From Octopus sinensis (lineage: Eukaryota), in NCBI RefSeq assembly GCF_006345805.1, contig NC_043000.1, positions 98,704,001-98,768,000 on the forward strand: a DNA stretch of 64,000 bases, written 5' to 3'. How positions within the stretch are numbered: the first letter of the stretch is position 1; every line of letters begins with the position of its first letter. Positions 39,160 through 51,996 of this stretch are shown in pieces. Made by a program: the position numbers and the translations under genes. The notes below the pieces were generated by a model that saw only the letters and a program-made list of their open reading frames with translations, was not told where the DNA came from and searched no databases.

Positions 39160-40900
39160 TACAGGTGCAGACTGACAGGATTGAATGTAGTATGGCTAGA
39201 TTACAAAAAAAGTCATATGATATGATACCTCAGAATTTGATAAGTAAAACGATGAGATGTTTGGAGTGGCAGAAAATATAGAGAAAAAGGTCAATGAAAG
39301 TATGAAATATTGGAGGACTGAATTGATAGGAGAAAACCGTACGAAGGTGAACGTAAAGACGTGATATATTTTAAGGTGATAGCTCATCTCCATAACCATT
39401 TGTATTGGCCATGAATCCGCTTAGTTTGATATTACAGAAAGTCAAAATTGACTTATAGTTTAGGAAAAGGCCATGGTCAGATAAATCATCTTTTTAAGGA
39501 TGATATAAAGCGTTATGTGAAAAATGAGAAGCAGCTAGCAGGTTTTAGATATACTATTCGCATTTCCTCAAATGATGTACGCTTTGAATTCAGGTTTGAG
39601 ACACGCGCTATATTGTTAATGAAATGGGGAAAATTTGAAGGAAGCTAGGGAAATGAAATGCCAAATAGATAAACAATGAAAGCAGTGAGAAAGAGGATAC
39701 GTGGAAGTATTTGAGAATACTGGAGACAAATGAAACAAAAGATGAAGAAATAAAGCAGATAATGAGTAGGGAGTATGCAAAAAGAGTGAGGAAAATATTA
39801 CAGCCAAGGTTGAATTTAAAGAACGTGTTATTAAAGTGATAAATTCAAGAGCAGTGCCAGTTCATAGACATGGAACTGGAATTTTGGAATGGACAAAAAG
39901 CGAAATGAAGAAACTTGATATAAAATCTAGAAAGCTGTTGTCTACATATGGAGCTCATACTCCTAAAATTAATATTATCCTGTTGCACTTCAAGAACGAT
40001 CAGGCTGGAAGAAGCTTAATAGTTATGGAACAGTTTGAGCAGATAGAACAAAAGAGCTTACTAGCTTTTTTACGGAACAACACAGCGAAGTTACTAAAGG
40101 CAGCAAATAAAGATCAAGTGTGGAATAGGAGAAAAGGAAAATCAGTTCAATGAGAACATATTAAACAGATTGTCAAGAAACCTTCACATGGTCAGTTTTG
40201 AAAGCCACTAATGATGTAAGTGGAAAACAGCCCGGGCTTGGCTGAAGAAAGGGCAATTGGGAAAAGAGCTTTATTAAACAACTTCGGAAAAGAAGTGCAT
40301 GGGGAGGTGTTAGCAAACTGTAGAGTGAGATTTGGGGTGAAATAATGGCACATATTGTTTACAGAGTGCCACTAAGTTGGCCCAGGGTGAATATAAGAAA
40401 TGGAGGCGTAATTAAGTTGTGAAAATTTTGCTCTGGAGCCTTTTACAGAAATGGATGCTAACCCAGACGTCTATGATATAATCATCGGGTGAAAAAATAT
40501 AAAATTTTGAGAGATTTTCCTAATCAAAGGAATAAAAAATTAAAAAAAAACAAGCCTAATATAACAAAAATCAATGAAAAGCAAATTTGCTCACTGGTTG
40601 ATACTTCATGCCCATTTGATTTCAGGGTTGTGAAGAAAGATGTAAATTGAAAAAAAAACCTCTTAAAATCTGAGATTGGTTTCAAATTTTGGCGCATTGC
40701 GTAGAATTGGAAGTGGGGCTTTTACAGGTTGTACCTGTAATAATTGGTGCTTTATGGACTATGGGTAATGACATAGACAAATGGATGAAGGAATTCATCC
40801 AACTTTGTACAGACGCTTTGTCTTTTAGGCATAGGAAGCATCATAAGAAAGGGCTGAGTACTTGATGGCACATAACATCTAACAGGAATAAGAGAAATCG
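39160..40900 (+). mobile_element. Heavily decayed R4/Dong-type LINE (RT to 3' end)
   Basis: LNVVWLDYKKS, INHLFKDDIK, INSRAVPV...WTKSEMKKLDIKSRKLL, KPNI..DTSCPFD, VPVIIGAL. (TAA)n tail. Confidence 0.8.
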
Positions 40901-40925
40901 AATAATAATAATAATAATAATAATA

Positions 40926-40971
<46 letters not shown>

Positions 40972-40972
<1 letters not shown>

Positions 40973-41197
40973 GCTTCAAATTTTGGCACAAGGCCAGCAA
41001 TTTTAGAGTAAGGAGTAAGTCGATATCACCGACCTTTATGTTCGACTGGTACTTATTTTATCAGCCCTGAAAGAATGAAACGCAAAGTCGACCTCGATGT
41101 TATTTGAACTCAGAACGTAAGCATTTTTACCGGCGTTCTAATCATTCTGCCAGCTCGCTGTCTTAACTCCCATAATAATAATAATATAATAATAATA

Positions 41198-41238
<41 letters not shown>

Positions 41239-41437
41239 GCTTCAAATTTTGGCACAAGGCCAGCAATTTTAGAGTAAGGAGTAAGTCGATATCACCGACC
41301 TTTATGTTCGACTGGTACTTATTTTATCAGCCCTGAAAGAATGAAACGCAAAGTCGACCTCGATGTTATTTGAACTCAGAACGTAAGCATTTTTACCGGC
41401 GTTCTAATCATTCTGCCAGCTCGCTGTCTTAACTCCC

Positions 41438-41440
<3 letters not shown>
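40972..41440 (-). repeat. Exact tandem duplication of a diverged SINE A copy plus (TAA)n, period 266 bp
   Basis: 40972-41174 is identical by eye to 41238-41440. Confidence 0.9.
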
Positions 41441-41478
<38 letters not shown>

Positions 41479-41904
41479 CAGAAGAAGAAGAAGAAGAAGA
41501 AGAAGGCATTTTTTTGTGGTTAAACATGGAAGCAATAAAATTTGAAGCAGAAGCACACTATGCTGAAGGTATAAATTTGCATAACAATTCATGAGAGATG
41601 TTTAAAGAACCCAAACAACATCTAAACAGAATTACAAAACACAAGAAAAGAAATGGAGTGAAAAACTACTTCACAGCTAATATCCGCAGGTCTTAACAGA
41701 AAAACAGATGTAAACCAAAACCAGACGCAATAATAGCGCAAAAGCTTCGGGCTAAAAGCAGAAACTGAAGGATAATTTTGCTGTGCGAGAACAATGCCTA
41801 GCCACAATTATACGAAGAAAAGTAATGGAGAACGTGTCCGAATATCAAATGTAGAATGTGCAACTACTACAAGAAAAACCGGTTGACCAGAGTATTTCAT
41901 GCCC

Positions 41905-42720
41905 TCAGTCCAAGTGCTCAACTGGTATTTTACTTCCTTGATCTAGAAAGATGAAAGGTAAAGACGATCTCAACGAAATAGGAACTAACAACGTAAAAAC
42001 GGACGAAATACCGCTAAGCTTTTTGTTTGGCGTGCTAACGATTCTTCCAGCTCACCGCCCTGATTTCAAATTTTGACATAAAGCTAGCAATTTTTGACGG
42101 GTGGGAAAGTTGATTACATCGACACCCGTACTTGCTCGAACTTATTTCATGAAAGTCGATATTGGCGGCACTTGGAACGTAAAGACGGACAAAAGGCCAC
42201 TAAACTTTTTTTCCGGTGGGCTAGCGGTACTACCAGCTCACTGCCTTCAATCTTTGAATAATCCTTTCTGCTATAGGCACAAGGCCTGAAATTTGGTAGG
42301 AGTGGGTAAGTCAATCACATAGATCCCAGTACTCAACTGCTATTTAGTTTATCGATCCCGAAAGGATGAAAGGCAAAATCGACCTCGACAGAATTTGAAC
42401 TCAGAACGTAGCGGAAGACGAAAAACCGTTAAAAATTTCACCCGGCATGCCAACGGTTCTGCTAGCTCGCCACCTTTTAATCTCTGAATAATAATGATAA
42501 TTGATTTCAATTTATGCACAAGGCTAACAATTTTGAGAAGGGAAGCTTAGTCGATTACTTTGATACCCGTACTTGAGTGGTACTTTATGTCATAAATCCA
42601 AGAAAGATGAAGCACAAAACTGAACTCGACAGGAATTGAAAATTGATGGTAAGAAAGAGCAACAAATACCACTAATCATTTTGGCCGATGCTGTAACGAT
42701 TTTATCTATCCACTATCCTG
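41905..42720 (-). mobile_element. Cluster of about four SINE family A copies
   Basis: Repeated CTCAACTG...GATGAAAGG...GAACTC...CCAGCTC.CC units. Preceded by a small R4/Dong relic (GLKAETEG, about 41600-41900). Confidence 0.75.
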
Positions 42721-42937
42721 AAATAGTAATATAAACGATATTTGACATAGGAAGTTAACCGGTTGCATATCTGAGGGTAAAGGAATGATTGATGATATTG
42801 ACTTGGTTAATCCTTATATAATCGATCACGAGACATTAAATCAAAATAGATTTCTGAGAGCTTTGAAGTCAAAATGCAAATGGATGTAACTAAATAACAA
42901 GGCAATTTATCCTGTACTCTTCAGATCCTGCCATTGA

Positions 42938-42975
<38 letters not shown>

Positions 42976-44737
42976 AATAATAATGGTTCCTGATCTTGGT
43001 CCCAAACCAGCAATTTTGGAGAAAGTCGATGTTATTGATCCCAGTACTTGACTAGTACAGTGTTTTAACCCCAGCAGGATTTAAAAACAATGTAAAAAGC
43101 CGGAAGATATGATGCAAAGCATTTTAACTTTGAAAATAAAGCAATAATAAAGAATGCCTGATATTCTATCAAAACTGTCATGTAATATTCTTGGATTTTA
43201 TTTTATCAAATAATTTGGTAGAGTCAAGCTAAAGTTCTTGGATTTTATCACATTAAATAAGATTTGCATATAACAAACTTTGTTTTATTAAAACTATTTT
43301 TATTTTTCTTCGTTTGTATGTAATTTAATTTCCTTCAGTTTTTTTTACATAATGTCTCAGACTGTTGCCATTCAGAACATGTATTTTTCTCAAAGATTTT
43401 TCATTCCATACAGTAGGAAGTCAGTGTTTCCGTACTAAACCGGGAACGATATTATATCTTTGTATTACTCACCAGAGAAAATAGCATTTCTGCTACAGAT
43501 GAAAAATGAGGCAACGATAGAAAATTTCTCATTAATTTCAAGATAATTAGAAATGAAGTTTATCTCCGCATTTTACAAGAAAAACATAATACTAGTATCT
43601 CTCTGCTTCTGAAATTCCATGAGCAAAGTTAACTTATGCCATTCTAAATTGATATTTTCATACTATTTCATCTCAATAATATTAGGACATTTCATAGACA
43701 ATGAGATAATTAAAGGCAGTTGCCTTTAGACATATTTCTGGATTTAATGCTTCAAATAGCTGTAAATAGTAATCATATTAGATGACAAAGTGTTTTCTCA
43801 GTTCCTTGATTAGTTTAGTATAAAATTTTATGATTTAGCAGAAATTATTGTAGTTATTATATTTAAAATCTTGAAGGGTATTCTAGTAAGATATTTTCAT
43901 TTCATGATCCATTATATATTTTACTCAAGGGAGTGTATTAAATTAAAGGATCTCGATGTAACGCTCGATATATCTACATATTTACACTGGTTTATTCTTT
44001 TCTTTTAATAAAATTAGCAAAAACATCTTCCATTCTAGTGATGATGGAGTACGTAGCCGATAAATTCTGAAGCTTTCACTTTGAGAAATTCCACGTACAT
44101 ATATCAATGTATAATTCTAGTCTGTTCTCTAAGGAACTGGAAAGTTCAGAACGAGCATCCAAGATGCATATAAATGCATTGAACAACATACACAGCATTG
44201 TAAAAAGAAATCTTGCACTTTTTCAGCCACAAAACTTTAAGCACTACTTTTTAATGCCATCAGTACACTTGCATAACCTATCAGATGTTTAAATGGAAGG
44301 ACAATTTTCAAAAAAAAATATTTACTATAGAAATGGAAATGTCTTGGATTGAACAGCAACTGATTTCGAAAAGACTTAAAAACATAGAAGAGAAAAGCAT
44401 ACGCCATTTTAGTGAAAATTTGTTTCTATCTCGTGCCTCCGCCATTCGGTCCATTGAACGGATTTAGTTCTCTTATGGCTTAGAGCATGCACCTTATGTC
44501 GAAAAATTGCTATTTCAGTCACTAGCACATCGGCCTTGATGGCTTTTGGGGCAAATCTTCTATCTGCTTCAATCGCTAATTTTCTGCTGAAATATTAATT
44601 TTTCAGGGAGACCCACCATTAATTGTGGATGATGGGCTTGCGTTTAACTAGATTACTAATCCGGGAACTGTTTGTTCAGCTTTAGTATGTGGACCCCTAT
44701 ACAATATTCCTGCCCTCTTGACGATGTTATGAATATT

Positions 44738-44897
44738 GTCGAACGGCTAAGTTAGGGAGACGTAAACACCCGACACCGGTTGTCAAGCGGTGGTGGGGTA
44801 CAAACACAAACACGAATACACACATGCAAACAAACATTCACACATATGCTAACAAAAACACAAAAACACACACACACACACGCACACACACACACAC

Positions 44898-44964
<67 letters not shown>

Positions 44965-45030
44965 TATATATATATATACAGCGGGTTTCTTTCAGTTTCC
45001 GAAAACTGTTGATCAATACAAGTGCGTGTG
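44738..45030 (-). mobile_element. SINE family B internal fragment with expanded (CA)n
   Basis: GCTAAGTTA.GG.GACGTAAACACC...GGTTGTCAAGCG...TTCTTTCAGTTTCCG. Confidence 0.75.
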
Positions 45031-45121
45031 ATGACTTCCTAATGCACACGCACACACACACACACACACACATACACACGCATATAGCTATCTAACTATC
45101 TAGCTATCTATATATATATAT

Positions 45122-45472
45122 AATCAACAAATAAGGGTGAGAAAATTGGATACTAATTTAATTGTACATCCATTTAACACCAAGTGGGTTAGTGCATAAA
45201 AACCCGGAATACGATAAATTTTATACATAAATATAAGAGAGTAACCACTATGTGGTCGACTCTAGCACTAAAAATAGATCCGCTAGGTTTCAGCCACAAA
45301 GAATTGTTTCCGATGAAATTTAGCACGACTACTAGCGCAAACGAACAGGGCAAATAAAAATAACAAAAATGTAGATTAGTTCAGGACAATTGTTTCGCTA
45401 TTAATAAATTATGTAATTTACTCACACAACATATCTGTAGCTCTTCAGCCGTATGAATCCAGAATACAATTT
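45122..45472 (-). mobile_element. Non-coding HHR-bearing element between (TA)n tracts
   Basis: About 350 bp bounded by (TA)n on both sides. Contains a hammerhead with an intact core at 45382-45451. Confidence 0.7.
45382..45451 (-). ncRNA. Type-I hammerhead ribozyme motif, canonical core
   Basis: Reverse complement reads CGG-CTGAAGA-GCTA-(long loop)-TAGC-GAAA-CAATTG-TC-CTG: palindromic stem III, GUC site. Confidence 0.8.
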
Positions 45473-45527
<55 letters not shown>

Positions 45528-45612
45528 CTCTCTCCCTGTGTATATATACATACATATATTTATATATACATTTATACATGTATATATGTATTTGTATTTA
45601 TGTATATATTTA

Positions 45613-45658
<46 letters not shown>

Positions 45659-45672
45659 GTATGTAAATATAT

Positions 45673-46205
45673 GTCAGGTCATTTTCGAGTGCTACCGGTA
45701 ACATGTAACCCAGTACAACCTGTTGCATGGTCGGGTCGTCGGCGACTAAACCGGCAACCTCACTAAACTTGCTTGGTGAGGAGATTGTTTATTGGACACC
45801 CTGCGGTATGAAAAACAAAATCTTGAGACTTAACGGCCATCCAATAAATGTCTTAAGGCTGTATCATGCGCGGGGACATAGAAATAATCGGACTGAATAC
45901 CCGATCGCGCGGTTAAACCATTGGGAGTGAAGGACTCTTAGCCTTTGTTAGGGCATTCTTCTAGGAGAAGGTAACTCAGGTAACTGGGATAACTCCGACA
46001 TAAAACCTGCGGCTCAGTGATTACCGGTTGATGTTGACTTGTTCTTCTTTTCGGATTATGGCTGCTGTTGCTTAGTGAGTGGGATTGACTCTGTGCACAG
46101 CCTTTCCTCACTTAAAAAAAATCTTCTTGCACAGGTATTGTACGATAACAACCTTGATTAAGCTTCGTGCAATGGCCATACTCGATAACGAGGGGCCAGC
46201 CACCA
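45673..46205 (+). mobile_element. GC-richer non-coding interspersed element, possibly derived from an RTE 5' UTR
   Basis: Sharp compositional island between TA-rich and (TATG)n tracts. GGGCA....TCTAGGAGAAGG.AACTC...AAAACCTGC resembles RTE 5' UTR sequence (recalled similarity only). Confidence 0.45.
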
Positions 46206-46614
46206 TGTATGTATGTATGTATGTATGTATGTATGTATGTATGTATGTATGTATGTTTTAATTATATATAATTTGAATGGAGGCAATACCAGCAGAAAAT
46301 TAGAGGAACATGACTTATAAATTGAGCACTTTTATTCAAGCCTGTTTCTGATCATTGTTAAAGTTAATAATCTCAAAATAAAATTATATTATCTATATTT
46401 ATATATTTATATATATATTTATATATATTTATATATATTTATATATATATTATATATTTATATATATTATATATATTTATATATATATTTATATTTATAT
46501 ATATTTATATATATTTATATATATATATATATATAATATATATACACACATATATATATATATATTCATATATTTCTATATATATATTTATATATTTATA
46601 CATATATGTATGTA

Positions 46615-46664
<50 letters not shown>

Positions 46665-47177
46665 CGTATATGCTTATCTATGGATGTATCGATCTATCTA
46701 TGTATCTATGTATCTTTCTATCCATTATATATATCTATTGCCAACTGTGGAACACGACTGTCACTACATAAAACTGATGATTGCGTAACCCATGAAAGTA
46801 CTAGTTTATTTTAATATTATTATTTTAATATTATAATATTGCGAAAATTGCAATTAAAAAAATACCTGAAAATGAGACTTAATTGCAATTCCATCGATAT
46901 ATATATATTATTGGAACTCACACTGAAGGTACAGGAAATTTTTATATACATTAGTCTGCTTAAATAATGGAACTGCAAATAATATATTGTTACGTATATC
47001 AATTCCTTCACTTCCCTCTGTATTTCATATCTTATCTACAATAAGTATTACTGAAACATTTTCTCGCACTCTCTCTGATGCCGGGATATATAAAATAACC
47101 TCGCAAACAGCTGTAAGACATTATGCTTATAAATATTCTGAAAACTATTCACAGCCTTGGATTTTTATCTCATTCTG

Positions 47178-47252
<75 letters not shown>

Positions 47253-47338
47253 TATTTGAGACAAAACCACTATTTTGCAAAACAAACAAGGAAAGACTTA
47301 ATCAATACATAAAATTTAATAAATAGTCAAAGAAACCG

Positions 47339-47381
47339 CCACTACAATCGTTTCTTGTCTTGATCGACAATCTTCAGGTGG
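47339..47381 (-). ncRNA. Mirror copy of the hammerhead in the left palindrome arm
   Basis: Exact reverse complement of 47434-47476. Confidence 0.8.
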
Positions 47382-47433
47382 ACTTCCAATAATTCAGTTA
47401 CAAATTATAATTTGTAACTGAATTATTGGAAGT

Positions 47434-47476
47434 CCACCTGAAGATTGTCGATCAAGACAAGAAACGATTGTAGTGG
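47434..47476 (+). ncRNA. Type-I hammerhead ribozyme motif, canonical core
   Basis: CCAC-CTGAAGA-TTGTC-gatcaa-GACAA-GAAA-CGATTG-TA-GTGG. Confidence 0.8.
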
Positions 47477-48177
47477 CGGTTTCTTTGACTATTTATTAAA
47501 TTTTATGTATTGATTAAGTCTTTCCTTGTTTGTTTTGCAAAATAGTGGTTTTGTCTCAAATAATATTTTATAATATTTTACTATAAAATTGGATTTAATC
47601 CTAAATCTGATTTTTTTTCCCTGTAAATTTGGATATATTCCCTAATATTTATTATATATATATATATATATATATTGTCGATCTGTGTTATGTGTGGGAG
47701 TGATTACTTGCTTGTTACGAGAGGTTAAACAGTTCAATGTGGGTGTATGTTTTATCGGCTTCATAAAAGATACGCAGCTGTGTATTTTGAAATAATGTGT
47801 CGATAATGGAGGACTTCAGTTTTAACAGTCTTTACTGTTCGTCTTAAGATCGAAACGTGCGAAATATAAGAAACACAAGATGAAAAATAATTTAGTACGC
47901 ACTTATGGATGCGCTGTCTGAAATGGTAGATCTTCTTCGATTGCTCTGTTTCTTATTCTCTTTTTCGATATTTTCATTCTGTTTGTCTCTGTCGCCAAGT
48001 ATAATTCGTTTTACTTTTAGAAGACTGCAAAATGTATTCCGCCCACTTTGATAAAGATGTGTACCTAATTATCAAAAACTATGATGAATTCAGACCATTT
48101 GATAAGTAATAATGGATAACATTTAAGGTAATAGAATGCAAAGCGATATTATTTCTAAATTATTTAAGGTGGTTAAC

Positions 48178-48555
48178 TGGCAGGATCATTTCCTCGCCAG
48201 AGAAATTGTTATCTGGTATTTCTTCGAACATTACGTTCTGAGTTCAAATACCATGGAGGTTTACTTCAGTTTTCATCTTTTCGGAGTCGATAAAATAAAT
48301 ATCCCTCAAAATTGGTAGCCCTGTGCCAAAATTTGAAACCATTATTATTATCATTAAGTCGGTGAATTGGCTGAATCATTACCGCGCCGGACAGAATGCT
48401 TTCCGGCATTTCTTCCGACATTACGTTCTGAGTCCAAATACCACCAAGGTCAACTTTGCTTCTCATCCTTCGGGGTCGATAAAATAAATATCGATGTAAT
48501 CAACTTCTTATCGCTCAAATTTACTGCCCCTGTGCCAACATAAGAAAGGATATTA
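48178..48555 (+). mobile_element. Two SINE family A copies
   Basis: CATTACGTTCTGAGT.CAAATACCA...GTCGATAAAATAAAT occurs twice. Confidence 0.8.
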
Positions 48556-50674
48556 TTTCTAAATTATAGTGGTAGTAAACATAGCTCAGTGGTTAAGTAA
48601 TTCACTTCACAATTATTACATAACGGTTTCAGTTCGACTTTATGGTATAATACGGTGGTGCTTTTACCACAAACTAGAATCAATTTCACGTGGAGAAAAG
48701 GGAAACAAATACAACAGGATTGGCTTTTGATTTAGCTACGCAGACCATCCAGCAGATGGATTGTATACCTATATCAAATGTTGTCTTGTCGCGCTGATTC
48801 TGCTCGACAATTGCGGTTACAGTACTCTATGAAATATTCAGTCACTTACACCATAATCTGTTGGAAAGGCAATTCATTTGATTGGACAACTCTAGGTCAT
48901 CCGCTAGAGTATTGCATGGGAGACTTTTTGGTAGAGAAAAATGCTAGTATAGTTATTCGTAAAATTAATTTCGACTTTAAAAAGTATTTTTACCATATTC
49001 ATATCTAAATCTCGTTTCAACTGATTTACTATATTTGCCAGCAGCTAACCAATATGATCCTCCTTTTCGTATCTATTATTTGCTCAGTGCCTTCTTTACC
49101 TTTAGGGTGTCGTCACTCAGCATAGAAGTAAGCTCTTTTGTGTTCGGTGCTTTTTGTGAGTGTGTTGGCGCGGTAGTTTATTATATCATTCAGGAGAGTT
49201 TACTTCAGTCCGATTGCGGGCTATAGACAGAATTTTAAAGCTCAGAACTGACAGCCTAACTATCTTACCAAATCATCAGCTGGGTAGTTGCTTACTTATC
49301 GACAACCAAAAGGATAGAAAGCCAAGAGGATCGCGGTGGGATTTGACCTCAGATTGCAGAGAGCCACAACAAATACCCACAAGGTATTCAATACCTGTGC
49401 TCTAACGACTTTGCTTATTCGCCGATTCAATAGACAACAATAATATTACTTTTAGTTGAGAATGTACAAACTTTTAATCCAGAGAAAAGTTGCACTGGAC
49501 AGTGTGGTCCTAGATTCTTCAGTGAATCTCAAATTAAGATGGAGCATCGCAACTGTTCAGAGGCTGAACATCACCAATAACAAAAACAACAACAGCAACA
49601 GCAAAAATAACAACAGCTGAGTGGGTGGTACACAGGTCATATAACAGATAATCAGTATGTATCCAACCAACAATAATATTTCCGTTGGGTTCTTGACATA
49701 GCTAACATTTGTTCTAACATCTTACTTGTTCTAATCTTTTCAATTCATTACACGTAGGCTACATATGAAGAGGGAACAAATATGAGAGAGAGAGAGGGGG
49801 CGGAGTCAGAGAGAAGGAGAAGTAAGAGAGAGCGTATTTGAGAAGGGAGAAGGTATAAAAGATTGATATGAAATATATAAATGAATAATAGAAAGAAATG
49901 AAAACGATGAGAACCAGAATGGGCAAAGATAAAAAGGAAACAAAAGAAGGAAAGAAAGCAAGAGGTTCTAGTAACGTGATAAGCAAGTGTTGACATTACA
50001 CTAGTAACTAGATGATAGTGTCATATTATCACATTTATTTAATAAATGATTTCGGAAAATATTCCTGATATGATTGTCATATCACATTGAATATTCGTCT
50101 CTTCAAATAAAAGCCATCGTTTCTGAAAGCTTTTGATGGTGTACGTTGCGTGGCTAAAATCGTTTCGATATGTTTCATATTCACAAAGTCGGGTAAGTGT
50201 GGATGTCGAGGCAAGATAAGTATGTGGAAGTTTTGGACGAAATCATTAATCGTGAACAGGACATAAAGATTGTCAGTCACACAGGGAAAACAGCTTTATA
50301 TATATATATATATATATAATATATATATATATATGTATGTATGTATGTTATCACGAACATGGATCAATATTTCTTTCCATCTCTGAAGAAGGAATTTACT
50401 CGAAATTGCAGTATCCACATCTCACTAAAATGTTTTATATGAAATTGTATATGTATCTCTACACTCCATTTCTATTTGTTATTTGTTTATCACTTAAATA
50501 TTTGCACATACGTTAGTACGTACGTATGTAAGTATGCGTGTATGTGTGATTTTCATTGAGTGTTATTTAAGTTCTTGAATGAATTCAAGCTGGTTGTTAA
50601 CAGAGTGACAAAACATTTTCAGTTAACTGAAATTTTTTCAGTACTGAAAAATCTTTGGACTTTTCTCTTTCTCC

Positions 50675-50707
50675 TTTCCGACGAAGTGCTATGCTCGAAA
50701 TGTTAAA
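50675..50707 (+). ncRNA. Degenerate minimal hammerhead motif
   Basis: TTT-CCGACGA-A-GTGC-tat-GCTC-GAAA-TG-TT-AAA; related to 15505-15540. Confidence 0.5.
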
Positions 50708-50907
50708 CGCTCTCTTTTCACCGAGCGTCAAGCTAATACATTCTTTGGTGCACGTCCTCACGTTTGTGTTTTCATTCGCTTATTTGAATTGGTTATATAT
50801 ACATACATATATATAAAACATTGATCTGAGAGCAAACATCAACGAATTTGTATATACACCACCACGCTTCCAAACATTTCAACGAACAATTTCTTGAGAT
50901 TCGTGTT

Positions 50908-50991
50908 CATCCTGATGAGGGGGTCATTACCGAGATGCACCTTAACTCGTAATCGAACCGCGGCAGTGAAGTCCCGAAATAGCCAGAGATG
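50908..50991 (+). ncRNA. Hammerhead motif with structured loop-II insertion; cleavage-site U mutated
   Basis: CATC-CTGATGA-GGGG...TCCC-GAAA-TAGCCA-GA-GATG; internal ATTACCGAG/CTCGTAAT helix. Confidence 0.6.
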
Positions 50992-51508
50992 TGTTTAACT
51001 TGATTTTGTGGAACTCTTTTATGCTCCTGGACTCCAACCTACCATGGTTTTTATGAAATAAACTTTTTTGACATATTTTTTGTTTGAGGAGAGTAAGAAT
51101 ATTCTTTTAGTTGATTGATATTTTATCTTTATTTTATTTAGATTTTTAGACGCATGACACGCTTTAGAATTTTTAGTCGATTGTATATACCTTCTTGATA
51201 GGCCGTTCTATATATCTGTATTTTTATTTGCATATGTACTTTTTACATCATGTATTTTTTATATATGTCTTCTTTATATGTTAAAAGCCATGATAATATG
51301 TATATATGATAAAATATTTGAAGGCGCACTGTTATATTTAAAGTCGTTGACGCGAATTTGATGTTTGTTCTCTGATCAATGTTTTTAATCTCTGTCTCAA
51401 TTGCATTTTAGCATATCTTTTTTGTAGTCTTATAAACCATTTTGTCTCCATAAAAAGATACAATTATTTCTTATTGCACATACATACATATATACATACA
51501 TACAAATG

Positions 51509-51546
<38 letters not shown>

Positions 51547-51626
51547 ACATATATATGCATATATACACACACACATATATATATACATACATATGTACGT
51601 AAACATATATATACATTCATATGTAC

Positions 51627-51684
<58 letters not shown>

Positions 51685-51715
51685 GTACATATACAAATAC
51701 AAATACACATACACG

Positions 51716-51773
<58 letters not shown>

Positions 51774-51777
51774 AACA

Positions 51778-51996
51778 CGTGAGGGGTAGCTGAACAGTTC
51801 CTGGCCTTGTATAAAAGAAACTACCAGAGGATCAGTAAATAATCATTTTATTTAACATACCCCTCTCAGATTCACAAACTCATTGTATAGCCTCTTCAGG
51901 TTTTCTAAGCGCTATAAATGAACTCGGCAGGTTGCGCCTCTAACCAGGCCTTTCGTGATACCTCTACATTCATGAACTTTTTCGTGCCCCCTTGTA
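51778..51996. mobile_element. Second copy of the mariner-type MITE
   Basis: GAGGGG.AGCTGAA.AGTTCCTGGC...GAGGATCAGT...CTCAGATT...TTTTCTAAGC shared with 6584-6790. Confidence 0.75.

Larger units (their letters stand above)
47243..47572. repeat. Perfect 330-bp palindrome (165-bp arms, no loop)
   Basis: Centre between 47407 and 47408 (CAAATTA|TAATTTG). Arms are exact reverse complements by eye. Confidence 0.95.

Noticed and set aside
47072-47118. Hammerhead-like TCT-CTGATGC...CAAA-CAGCTG-TA-AGA
   Set aside because: Two core positions (A9, G12) are mutated. Probably a dead relative, so not listed as a ribozyme.
50378-50420. CTGAAGA...CGAAA motif
   Set aside because: No convincing stem I or stem II pairing.
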